DNA from: an archaeon
GTDB lineage: Archaea; Iainarchaeota; Iainarchaeia; Iainarchaeales; 1-14-0-10-31-34
DNA: 32,000 nt
Assembly (NCBI GenBank): GCA_024277355.1
Contig: JAJRVL010000011.1
Location: forward strand, 1 to 32,000
Direction: 5' to 3'
Part shown: piece after piece, positions 1 to 9,366 of the stretch
Numbering within the stretch: the stretch's first letter is position 1
Layout: each line of letters begins with the position of its first letter
Notes under the pieces: model-generated
Database searches by the model: none
What the model was told of the DNA's origin: nothing
What the model saw: the letters and a program-made list of their open reading frames with translations, nothing else
Position numbers and translations under genes: made by a program

Positions 1-1
1 A

Positions 2-358
2 CTATTCTTTTCTTTTAATAATTTTAACTTTTGACGGAGTAACTAAAATTCTTTCAGTTGAAATTCTTGCAATGTCCCCGTTAATTTCGTCTACAACGCC
101 TTTAATGCTCTTAACCATTTCCATTAATTTAATTGCATTTCTTTTTGACATGTCTCCAATATTCAACAAAAGAATGTTTCCTTTTCTTAATTAATCTATT
201 GCCATAGTTGTATCTTCATCGTTTAATAAAGAAACTGGTTTAACATAAGCATCTGCATCTTCAACCATTGTTTCTTCTTCTACATCAAGATTGTTTAAAA
301 ATTCCTCAATGTCTACATTGTCCTCTGTTTTCTTAAAAATTTTATCCATAAAAGCCAT
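2..358 (-). pseudogene. sepF: Archaeal SepF-like cell division protein, reading frame interrupted by an in-frame TAA (191-193)
   Basis: ORF MAFMDKIFKK...DAYVKPVSLLNDEDTTMAID* continues in the same frame after TAA as LRKGNILLLNIGDMSKRNAIKLMEMVKSIKGVVDEINGDIARISTERILVTPSKVKIIKRKE, ending at TAG (2-4). This is the SepF/DUF552 pattern. Start ATG at 356-358. Confidence 0.8.
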
Positions 359-483
359 GAAAATTCCACCCCAATAATAATAATCCTGCAATATCATCTG
401 AAAAGAACATATTTTAAAATAAATAGACAAAAATCCAGAAAAGAATAGTTTGATTTAAATTAATTTTTCAATTAAGTTAGTTT

Positions 484-1683
484 ATGGCTAATTTATTTGA
501 AAAAGAATTACAAAAAGAAAGTATTTTCAAAGACAGAGATGCAATAAGCCAGCATTACTTTCCAAAAGAACTTCCATTTAGAGAAAAACAAATATCTGAA
601 ATAACAAAAATTTTAGCTCCTTCATTAAAAGGAAAAAAACCAGATAACTTGTTTTTATACGGCAAAGTGGGAACAGGAAAAACTACTGTAACATTTCATG
701 TAATGAAAGATTTAGAAGAATTTACACAAAAAAACCAAGGGAAAGCAGTATGCAATTATATTAACTGCAGAAATCATAACTCAAAATATAAAGTTTTAAT
801 TAAAGCAGTGAAAAAATTTTTTCCTGAAAAAAATTTTATTGGTTATTCAGCAGGATTTATTCAGGAAAAATTAATGGATTACTGCAGCAAAGAAAACCAA
901 GTTATTTTAATTTTAGATGAAATAGATAAAGTAAAAGATTTAGATGAATTAATTTATTCTTTAAGCAGAAGCAATGACGAAATAGAAAAAGGAAGCATTT
1001 CAATTATTGGAATTTCAAATAACTTAATGTTCAAAGAAAAATTAGATCCAAGAACTAAAAGTTCTTTATGCGAAAAAGAAATGATTTTTCCGCCGTATAA
1101 TGCAGAAGAATTAAGAGCAATATTAAATTCAAGAGTGAAATTAGCGTTTATTTCCGGCAGTGTATCTGATTCAGCAGTAAATTTAGCAGCAGCCATTGCG
1201 GCACAGGAATCAGGAGATGCAAGAACTGCAGTAATGTTATTAATGCGGGCAGGAGAAATAGCAGAAAATAGTGCTTCAAAAAAAATAACTGATTTAGAAG
1301 TGCAAAAAGCAAAAAAGAAAGTTGAAGAAGACATAATTTTTAATATGATTTCAACTTTGCCTGAACAACAGCAGTTAGTGTTAAAAGCAATAGCTTTGCT
1401 TTCAATGTCAACTAAAGGAATAAAAAAAATTACAGGACAAGAAGAACAAGGTGTGCTTTATTCAGGAGAAATATATGAAAAATACAAGCAATTAGCATTA
1501 AGTTTAAAGGAAAGCGTTGTAAGTTCACGATGGTATAGACAATATATCAATGAATTAGAAATGTATGGTTTAATTTTAACTTCTGCTTCAGGACCAGGAA
1601 TTAAAGGGCAAACAAAATTAATTAAATTAGGTTTTCCTCCTGAAAAAATTAATTCAATTTTAGAAAACCAGTTAAATAAATAA
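484..1683 (+). CDS. cdc6: Orc1/Cdc6-type replication initiator (AAA+ ATPase)
   Basis: Walker A GKVGTGKTT, Walker B LILDEIDK, sensor region IIGISNNL, C-terminal winged-helix-like region; typical archaeal Orc1/Cdc6 layout. Confidence 0.93.
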   Translation: MANLFEKELQKESIFKDRDAISQHYFPKELPFREKQISEITKILAPSLKGKKPDNLFLYGKVGTGKTTVTFHVMKDLEEFTQKNQGKAVCNYINCRNHNSKYKVLIKAVKKFFPEKNFIGYSAGFIQEKLMDYCSKENQVILILDEIDKVKDLDELIYSLSRSNDEIEKGSISIIGISNNLMFKEKLDPRTKSSLCEKEMIFPPYNAEELRAILNSRVKLAFISGSVSDSAVNLAAAIAAQESGDARTAVMLLMRAGEIAENSASKKITDLEVQKAKKKVEEDIIFNMISTLPEQQQLVLKAIALLSMSTKGIKKITGQEEQGVLYSGEIYEKYKQLALSLKESVVSSRWYRQYINELEMYGLILTSASGPGIKGQTKLIKLGFPPEKINSILENQLNK

Positions 1684-4600
1684 TTATTCTGCAATGCATT
1701 CTGATTCAATACCTGTTTCTCTTGCAGTTAATTCACTTAATAATTTTTCTTTATTCCAGACAATATAAGTGAAATTTCCTTGATTTTTAACACATGCATA
1801 TTCAGAATCAATTAAATCAAATAATTCCTTTAATGAATCTGCACTTGAATTTGGAGCAGAATTAAAATGAGTTCCTGAAACTCCTTTTAATGGAATCCAG
1901 TTTCTTAAAGGTTCAGATGGATTGCTTGTATCTCCTGAAGAATAAAGTTTTATTTCACTAAAAGGATTATTTGAATAATCATTTATTTTAAAATAACTTA
2001 AAGGAACATTAACAGGAGAAAATAAAACTGAATGTAAAAAAGTTTTCCCTGTGTTTAACGGATTACTCCAAGATAACTTAAATACATTATCATAATCTAA
2101 ACCTAAATTTATGTTATCTGCATTAATTGTTTTTCTGTCAGAAAACAAAGTTCCTTCCGGATTTCCTGAAAAATCAACACAAGAACTTCCAATAGTTTTC
2201 CATTTAGTTAAATTGTCTGCTTCAATTAACTGCTTTTTATTTTCTGCATCAACTATTGAATAATAAATTAAAGCATTGTTTAATTCAGTTAAATCTGCTT
2301 TCATTAAAATCGGAGTAGCATAACTTGGATAAAATTTTGCTGTTCTTAAATTAGTTGAAACATCTCTTGCTAACTCCATTAAAGTTCCTTTATTTAAAGT
2401 AGAATTAAGTTTATTAAAATCATCAAACTGCCTTAACCATAAAGTAGTATAACCAGACAAACTAGAAGAAGAATAAATATCATTTCCTAATTCATTTAAT
2501 CTGAATAATCCATTAGGAGAAGTTACATCAAAACTTGAACCATAATTAATTCTGTTTAATTCACTTCCTTTTAATCCAATTTTTCCATCAAAAGGTATAT
2601 AATAAAAAACTGAATCTTCTGAACCCATTTCTGGTTCTAATTCAGAAGAAGGCTTAATTAAAGTAAATGAAAGAGAAATTAAATCAGCCTGAACATCAAC
2701 TGTTACATTATACCATCCTGGTAATTCAATTTCAGTTGAAGCACCTGAACTTAAATAAGAATCAACTGTTATATCAAATTTACTTTCAGCAAAATACTTT
2801 CTTACTAAATCATAATCTCCTTTATATGAAGTAGGCGTGTCATTGTTAACATTATTAGCCCAGTAATCAAAATCTTCAAAAAACTGGGAAGAAAAATTAT
2901 CTGTTATTAAAGTTGAATTAAAACTAAAAGAACCAGTTTTAGTTGCATCGCCTGCTTTAAACTGGATTAATCTGTAAATTAATTCCATTGAAAACTGCGA
3001 GGCATCACAGTATTTATAATCAACATAAGCTAAATTTTCTTTAGTGCATTTTCCAATTTCACTACTGACATTAAAAGAAGAAAAATTCCAGTTTAATTCA
3101 ATTTTTGGTTTTTGCAAAGAACAATCAGTTGATGCTGTTTCTTCGATACTGCATCCAACCCAAAAACTTACATCAAAGTTTGTTCCTGTTTCATTTAATG
3201 AACCTTCTCCAATACAAGCTTTTAAATCAAATGACTCTGATTCAATTGTTCCTGCAGAAGTTAATAATGAAACTTTAACTGGAATTGTTTTAGTGAAATC
3301 CCTTCCTTTAACAGAATACAATAAATCCAAAGAACCATTAATTATTCTGCTTGTCTCTAATGTTTGTCCTTCAGAAGTCAAAGTTAAAGTTAAACCAACA
3401 TTTCTTCCTTCGCTGTTTATGTCAATTGATTCAGCAAAAGAAGGAACTGAAACAAAAAATTCATTTAAATCAAAAATAACATCAGTTATTAAAGAAGAAT
3501 AATTATTCGAATAACTTTTTGCAAAAATATTTTTTTCAATTAAATTATCTGAATCAAGATAAAAAACATAATCAAGTCTATCAGGAGAAATTTCCATTGG
3601 ATTATCTGAAAGAATTACTGTTTCAAAAGGAACAACCAAAAAGTCTGGTGAATTATTTGCATCAAAAGTAAAAAGAATTGTTCCTGATGCAGTTTTTGTC
3701 TGAGTTATAGTTGAAGCAGAAGAAGCTAAAACTGAATCAAAATCAATTATTAAATCAGAAGAAATTATTTTTCCTTTATTTGTTTCTAATGATTCCTGCA
3801 TTGCAGTTAAATCAAGATAAATTGAATTAGAATCAATTTCAACTTCAGTTATTTTAATTTCAGGTACTCCATTATTTTTTTTCAAAGCAAACTGTTCAGT
3901 TAAATTAATTTTATTAAAAAATAATGAACCTGAAACAGGGTTTTCAGTACTTACTTGGGTTCCTCCAACAGGAAAATAAGCTGTTGCATAGTCTGAAACC
4001 CCTGGAACAGCATTAATTAATACAGTAAAAGGAATTGTTTCAAATAAAACATAGCTTCCTAATTCTATTTCTACATCAAGATTTCCATCAACTGAAACAT
4101 TTGAAGTTAAAGCATTTGTTTCAGCTGTATTAAGAGACAAATTTAATTCAGTTATTATTCCATCAGAAGTAAATGTCTGCCCTGAAAAACCAGTAAAAGA
4201 ATTTTCATCAAAAAATTCTAAATTAGAAAATAAACTTATTGAATAAGAATTAATTTTCTGGTTTAATAATCCATTAGATGAATCAAAAAAAGTAACTTCT
4301 TTTGATTTAATTCTTGAATCAGAAGAAGAAAAAACAAAAACTAAAGATTCAGGAGAAAAACTAAAAGTATTTGCATCTTGTACAATAACTTCTTTTGATG
4401 CAATTGCATCATCAAACTCTGCTGTTACTTCAATTAAAGAAAGAGGATATAATCCAGTGATTTTTTCTGCTCCGTCAAAAACTGCTTCACCTGATTCATT
4501 TGTTTCTTTTGGACCAAATAAAGTTTCTGAATTAGATACTGAATCAGTTATTTTTAGTTTTACTTCTGCTCCATTAACTGGATTTCCTTTTTCATCTAAT

Positions 4601-7600
4601 ACTTCAACTGTTAAAGGAGTTTCAGTAAAAGCATGGATTTCCTCAGGCAGTAAATTAATATTAAGGTTTAAATCACTCCTGATTCTTAATTCATGGAAAT
4701 TACTGTCAGAAAATCTTCCAGAATATACAGTTGTTTTTATTCCAGGAATTCTTCCCTCTAAGTTTTTCACTAATTTTACAGGTATAAAATTTGCATCAGC
4801 ATAAACTAATTCTTTTTCATTTAAAGAAAAAGTTTCAGTTATAATTCTGTCATTTGCTGTTCCTGAAAAAACATCTGATTTTGTTTTAATTAAATAATCA
4901 TCAAAAATTAATGCATTTAATGCTTCTGAAATTAATCCAGCAGAAGAATTTTCAACTGAAAAGTCAACAGAAGAGTAATCTTTATCATTGTTTAAAACAA
5001 AAGAAGATAATTTATAAAGACAATTAATTCTAATGCTTGAAACAGAACCAAAATCAAGAACTTCGCATAAAGTTTCAGTTGAAATGTCTGCAACTGAATA
5101 AGAATAACAAAAATCAGTATTGCATAAACTTAAGTCTTTTGTTTTATGATTTGAATAAGTGTAATCCTCTAAAGAAGTGAATTCTGTTTCATCTTCCGGA
5201 TCTAAAAAATATTCAGGACTGCTTCTGTTTTCTACAGCTAAAGCCTTGAAAAACAAAACTAAATTATTTGCATCAAATAAGCTTTCTTTTACTTTGATTT
5301 TAACTGGAACAATAAAAGAAGTTTCAGTGAATTCATCTTTATCATAATCAAAGTCATCAAATTCAACTAAAATTGCTTTTGCGTCTGCCTGAGTTGAATT
5401 AGATACAAAATCATTCTGGTAATTTCCTGTAAAAGAAGTTGTTTTTTTTACTTCAAATTGAGTAAAAGAAGTAAAAGGACTATCAAAAGAAGAAATAAAA
5501 ATTGAATCTTTTTCAATTGAATTTTCTCTTCCGGTTCCAATCAAAAAATTAAAATAAAAAATATTTGAATCAGGATTAACAGTAAATAAAAGATCTGCTG
5601 AATATTCCTGTCCTAAATTAATAGAAGTTGCAGGAAGCCCGTTTTCTTTAAATAATCCAATAAAATCAATTGAAACTTTTTCTGAAGACGAAATTTTTTT
5701 CAGAACAACATTAACTATTATTTTAGATTTAGGCAAAACTTCAAAGTCTTTTGTTTTAACTGAATAATAAGTTTCTTTTGAAATTACTGCATAATAATTT
5801 CCTTCATCAAAAGCAAAAGAATTAGTTTTTGGATTAAAAGAATATTTTGAGTCAGAAATTTTTCTTGCAGTTACTGCATTAAAAAATTCAATTTCAAAGT
5901 TTTCTATTTTTGCATTGGATTTTAATTCAGTTACATTTAATTCAATTATTCCTCTTATTTTTTCCATTTGAACTTCAAAAGCAGTTGTTTTGTTTGCATC
6001 AATTACTTTAGAAGAAGAAATGCCTTTCATGTCATTTGTTACTGCTTCAGCATAATACGTTCCAGGTTTAATGTTTTCAATTAAAGATTCTCCTTTAAAT
6101 CCAATTGAAGCAGAATAAGGAGTTCTTAAATCTTTTAAAGGACCTGAACCATATTTCAAAAACACGTTTCCTGAAGAAGCAGTGTTTCCTTTGTAATCCA
6201 AAACCTTAATTTTTGCTGAACCTGAATTTTGTTGTGTTGCTTTAACTAATTTAACAATTAAAGAATCCCCTTTTTTCAGTAATTCAGTTGTATTAAAATA
6301 AGGCAGATAACCCTGACTTGAAACTAAAACAATATATTCTCCGTCTTCTACAGCAAAAGAAGCATTAGAAACATTTTTTTTAACTGAAACAAATTCAAAT
6401 ATATTTCCGGTTTTTTCTCTTAATTCAACATCAGAAACAATAGATTCATTTGAAACAGAATCAACTACATTAATTGAAATTAAATCTTCTGTTCCGACAG
6501 CAAAACATTTTGCATTAAAAGTTACTTCTTCTCCTGTGTTAAGTGTTTGAGTTTTAGAAGGATTTTGACAGGAATAATTTGGAATTTCAGCTGAATCATA
6601 AACTTTAATGAAATAATCTCCTGCTAAAACATTAATGCTTTTTAATCCTGAATAAACTGAAACATTATCAAATCCTGAAACAGGACTTGAATTTCCTGCT
6701 TCAAACAAAGAAAATTTCATTTTATCTGAAATCAATGAATCTGATTCATCAAAAATTTTAACATGAATTGTTCCTGTTGGATCTTCTTTTTTAGTTAAAT
6801 ATAATTTAGTTCCAGCTAAAACTTGTTTTTCTATTTTTTTATAATCAGCTGATTCTGCACTAACTAAAACATTACCACAGCCTGATTTTTTTACTTTAAT
6901 TTGAATCATTCCATTAGTAGTCTGGCTTATTAAACCTCCGTCAGAAACTTCAATAAAAGAATTATCTTTAGAGCAATCAAATTCAGCTCTAATAAAATCA
7001 GTGATAACTGTCCCTGATTTTTTGTCATAAAACTTAATTGTTTTTGCTGCCCAGCTGTCTTCAAAAGAAATAACTTCTTTTTTCTTTAATTTAACCGTAA
7101 AAAATTGTTCTTTTTCTGTTAACTCAATTGTTTCATTAAAGTCATTAAAATCAGAAACATTTTTTACTTCAATTTTAATTACAGAAAATAAATCTAAATT
7201 AATTAATACAATTTGAGCATTTGCATCTGTTATAAATTTATTTTTATTTCCATCAATTGAAACAAAAACCTCAAAATCTGAAAGAATTTCATCAGAATTT
7301 TCTTTTTCTAAAGTAATAGTTAAAACAGCTTTTTCTTCTGCTGTAAAAAACAAAGACGAAAAAACCAAAAGCAATAAAACTAAAATTAATCCTGAAAATA
7401 AAACAAAAGAAGGAACAATTTTGTCTATTGGATCAATTACAGTATAAACTGGGATTTTTTCATTTAATTTATCTAAAACAGAATAATATTTATCTTCAAA
7501 AAAATAATAAAAAGCAGATAATTTTTCTTTTAAATTAACTGGTTCTTTTTCTTCTTTTTCCTGTTTATTTAGATCAAATGCAAATTTTCCTTTAAGTTCT

Positions 7601-7770
7601 GTTTTTTTGACTTCTTTACCTCTTAAAATTTCCTGTATTTGTTTTTTCTGCAAAAGCTTTTTTTCTGTTTTTTTGTTGTCTTGAGTTTGTTTTGATTCTT
7701 CTGTTTTTTCTTCAGGTTTTTTTTTCACTAATCCTTTTAAGGCATTTAATTCTTTTTCTAACTCAGCCAT
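1684..7770 (-). CDS. Giant membrane-anchored surface protein (~2028 aa) with many beta-sandwich / carboxypeptidase-regulatory-like repeats
   Basis: Charged cytoplasmic N-terminus (~120 aa), TM segment FVLFSGLILVLLLLVFSSLFF, then a long N-glycosylation-sequon-rich ectodomain with modules such as GTIHVKIFDESD..., GSAKIKVLDYKGNTASSG..., TPLTVEVLDEKGNPVNGAEVKLKI. The track start is 7788; ATG at 7768-7770 overlaps the upstream stop (TAATG). Confidence 0.8.
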   Translation of the reverse strand: MAELEKELNALKGLVKKKPEEKTEESKQTQDNKKTEKKLLQKKQIQEILRGKEVKKTELKGKFAFDLNKQEKEEKEPVNLKEKLSAFYYFFEDKYYSVLDKLNEKIPVYTVIDPIDKIVPSFVLFSGLILVLLLLVFSSLFFTAEEKAVLTITLEKENSDEILSDFEVFVSIDGNKNKFITDANAQIVLINLDLFSVIKIEVKNVSDFNDFNETIELTEKEQFFTVKLKKKEVISFEDSWAAKTIKFYDKKSGTVITDFIRAEFDCSKDNSFIEVSDGGLISQTTNGMIQIKVKKSGCGNVLVSAESADYKKIEKQVLAGTKLYLTKKEDPTGTIHVKIFDESDSLISDKMKFSLFEAGNSSPVSGFDNVSVYSGLKSINVLAGDYFIKVYDSAEIPNYSCQNPSKTQTLNTGEEVTFNAKCFAVGTEDLISINVVDSVSNESIVSDVELREKTGNIFEFVSVKKNVSNASFAVEDGEYIVLVSSQGYLPYFNTTELLKKGDSLIVKLVKATQQNSGSAKIKVLDYKGNTASSGNVFLKYGSGPLKDLRTPYSASIGFKGESLIENIKPGTYYAEAVTNDMKGISSSKVIDANKTTAFEVQMEKIRGIIELNVTELKSNAKIENFEIEFFNAVTARKISDSKYSFNPKTNSFAFDEGNYYAVISKETYYSVKTKDFEVLPKSKIIVNVVLKKISSSEKVSIDFIGLFKENGLPATSINLGQEYSADLLFTVNPDSNIFYFNFLIGTGRENSIEKDSIFISSFDSPFTSFTQFEVKKTTSFTGNYQNDFVSNSTQADAKAILVEFDDFDYDKDEFTETSFIVPVKIKVKESLFDANNLVLFFKALAVENRSSPEYFLDPEDETEFTSLEDYTYSNHKTKDLSLCNTDFCYSYSVADISTETLCEVLDFGSVSSIRINCLYKLSSFVLNNDKDYSSVDFSVENSSAGLISEALNALIFDDYLIKTKSDVFSGTANDRIITETFSLNEKELVYADANFIPVKLVKNLEGRIPGIKTTVYSGRFSDSNFHELRIRSDLNLNINLLPEEIHAFTETPLTVEVLDEKGNPVNGAEVKLKITDSVSNSETLFGPKETNESGEAVFDGAEKITGLYPLSLIEVTAEFDDAIASKEVIVQDANTFSFSPESLVFVFSSSDSRIKSKEVTFFDSSNGLLNQKINSYSISLFSNLEFFDENSFTGFSGQTFTSDGIITELNLSLNTAETNALTSNVSVDGNLDVEIELGSYVLFETIPFTVLINAVPGVSDYATAYFPVGGTQVSTENPVSGSLFFNKINLTEQFALKKNNGVPEIKITEVEIDSNSIYLDLTAMQESLETNKGKIISSDLIIDFDSVLASSASTITQTKTASGTILFTFDANNSPDFLVVPFETVILSDNPMEISPDRLDYVFYLDSDNLIEKNIFAKSYSNNYSSLITDVIFDLNEFFVSVPSFAESIDINSEGRNVGLTLTLTSEGQTLETSRIINGSLDLLYSVKGRDFTKTIPVKVSLLTSAGTIESESFDLKACIGEGSLNETGTNFDVSFWVGCSIEETASTDCSLQKPKIELNWNFSSFNVSSEIGKCTKENLAYVDYKYCDASQFSMELIYRLIQFKAGDATKTGSFSFNSTLITDNFSSQFFEDFDYWANNVNNDTPTSYKGDYDLVRKYFAESKFDITVDSYLSSGASTEIELPGWYNVTVDVQADLISLSFTLIKPSSELEPEMGSEDSVFYYIPFDGKIGLKGSELNRINYGSSFDVTSPNGLFRLNELGNDIYSSSSLSGYTTLWLRQFDDFNKLNSTLNKGTLMELARDVSTNLRTAKFYPSYATPILMKADLTELNNALIYYSIVDAENKKQLIEADNLTKWKTIGSSCVDFSGNPEGTLFSDRKTINADNINLGLDYDNVFKLSWSNPLNTGKTFLHSVLFSPVNVPLSYFKINDYSNNPFSEIKLYSSGDTSNPSEPLRNWIPLKGVSGTHFNSAPNSSADSLKELFDLIDSEYACVKNQGNFTYIVWNKEKLLSELTARETGIESECIAE

Positions 7771-9365
7771 TACCATAACCTTCTCCAAGTGAAAAAATCA
7801 AAAACAAACTGTTCACATAAACTTCCATTGCTGTTGCATACTTTAAAATAAATTTTATAAGCAGTATTAGAATAAAGATTTGCATTTAAAACAGAAGAAA
7901 AAAAACCATTAAAGAAATCTTTCTGGCTTAAATCCTCAAATTCTGTTTGGCCTGTTGCAAAATTAACTATTTTTATGTCTTTTATAAAACCTTCCTGAAT
8001 ATTATGAATTCTTCCTTCAAAAGGAATCTGCATATCATATTTTGGATTTAAATTACAGGAAAAATTTTTATTAACAGACAAACTAACACCAGCTGTAAAC
8101 AAAACTCTGTCAAAAAATTTCAAAGGATTCCATACATTAACATCAAAAGCTGCTGCATTAATTTTAATTTGTTCAGATACTTCATTTCCATTAACACTTA
8201 ACTCCATTCCCGCACCCCCTAACCTGCAGGCAGTAAAATCAAATGTTTCGGAAGACGAATAAATAGTATCAGGAAAAAAATCAATATTTCCTAAAGGTTT
8301 AGCTTTAATCATAATATTTTTTGCAGTAATGTTCCAAGGAGAAAAACCAGTTAAATCATACAACAAAGCATCACCTGTTCCTGTTCCTGATAAACCATTT
8401 CTTCCTTTATCTCCATTACAACCGCAAATTCCTCCATCATCAGTTCCTCTTTTTCCTCCAATTCCTTTTAATCCTCCATTAACAGTAATATTTATTTTTG
8501 ATGATTTATTAACTGTATTAAATACTTTTACTTCCCCTGAATTTCCTCCGTTTCCTGCGTCTCCTCCGTCATGTGCTCCGCCGCAACCATTATTATTTCC
8601 TCCTTTTCCGCCATTTCCGCCATTTCCGCCTGAAGTATTTAAATTAATGCTTCCTTTTACTGCAATTAAATTATCAATAATTAAAGAATTTCCATTTCCT
8701 CCTTTTCCGCCATTTCCTCCTCTGATTGCATCCTGGCCTCCGCTGCCTTCATTGTTCCCCCAAGTCCCATTTCCTCCATGGCCTCCTGCACTAGAAAAAA
8801 CAGCATCAGCTTCTACTAAAACATTTTTAATATATAAAATTCCTGCATTATTTCCTGAAGTTGCTCTTCGCGAATCATTATCAATACTGCATCTTGTATC
8901 ATAATTTCCACACCTTCCACAACCTCCTTCATCTTTTGGACCATGCCAAACTCCATTATTTCCGTCTTCTCCAGAAGAAGAAATAATTGAATTTCCTTTA
9001 ATTAATAAATTTGCATCAATTGTAAGATTTGTATTTCTTGCATGAATTACAGCAGGACTTCCTGAAGCACCATTCATTATCACAGTAATACTTGAATCAA
9101 TCTTTAATGCAGTTCCTGCTTTATTAATTAACTTTGAATCAGCTCCAAAAATCAAAAAAATGTTTTTTGAATAACCTGCTTCTTTTTTTATTGTAAAGTC
9201 AGTTGCTTCAACTGTTTCCCCTGATTTTATAGTTAAAATAAAACTTTCATCATCAGTAATTTTTTCAAATTTTGGGGTATCCCAGTCTAATCCTGTAAGA
9301 ACTGCAGAATAAGCAAAAGAACAAAAAAACAAAACAAAAAATAAAAATAAAAATAATTTTTTCAT
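7770..9365 (-). CDS. Secreted glycine-rich protein (signal peptide + GGxGG repeats)
   Basis: Signal peptide MKKLFLFLFFVLFFCSFAYS; repeats such as GGNGGKGGNGN, GGNGGNGGKGGNNNGCGG, GNGGNSG. ATG at 9363-9365; the track start is 9386. Confidence 0.75.
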   Translation of the reverse strand: MKKLFLFLFFVLFFCSFAYSAVLTGLDWDTPKFEKITDDESFILTIKSGETVEATDFTIKKEAGYSKNIFLIFGADSKLINKAGTALKIDSSITVIMNGASGSPAVIHARNTNLTIDANLLIKGNSIISSSGEDGNNGVWHGPKDEGGCGRCGNYDTRCSIDNDSRRATSGNNAGILYIKNVLVEADAVFSSAGGHGGNGTWGNNEGSGGQDAIRGGNGGKGGNGNSLIIDNLIAVKGSINLNTSGGNGGNGGKGGNNNGCGGAHDGGDAGNGGNSGEVKVFNTVNKSSKINITVNGGLKGIGGKRGTDDGGICGCNGDKGRNGLSGTGTGDALLYDLTGFSPWNITAKNIMIKAKPLGNIDFFPDTIYSSSETFDFTACRLGGAGMELSVNGNEVSEQIKINAAAFDVNVWNPLKFFDRVLFTAGVSLSVNKNFSCNLNPKYDMQIPFEGRIHNIQEGFIKDIKIVNFATGQTEFEDLSQKDFFNGFFSSVLNANLYSNTAYKIYFKVCNSNGSLCEQFVFDFFTWRRLW

Positions 9366-9366
9366 T

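Noticed and set aside
431-483. Possible replication origin next to cdc6
   Set aside because: Short AT-rich gap without recognisable origin recognition box repeats or a GC-skew signal that I can assess by eye; adjacency to cdc6 alone is not enough.
3044-4804. Plus-strand ORFs 3044-3502 and 4457-4804
   Set aside because: Antisense shadows inside the 2028-aa minus-strand gene, with low-complexity Ser/Phe/Leu composition and no recognisable features.
8329-8904. Proline-rich plus-strand ORF (PPLPPFPPFPP...)
   Set aside because: It is the exact antisense of the GGxGG-coding region; Gly codons GGN read as Pro in reverse. The signal peptide and operon structure support the minus strand.
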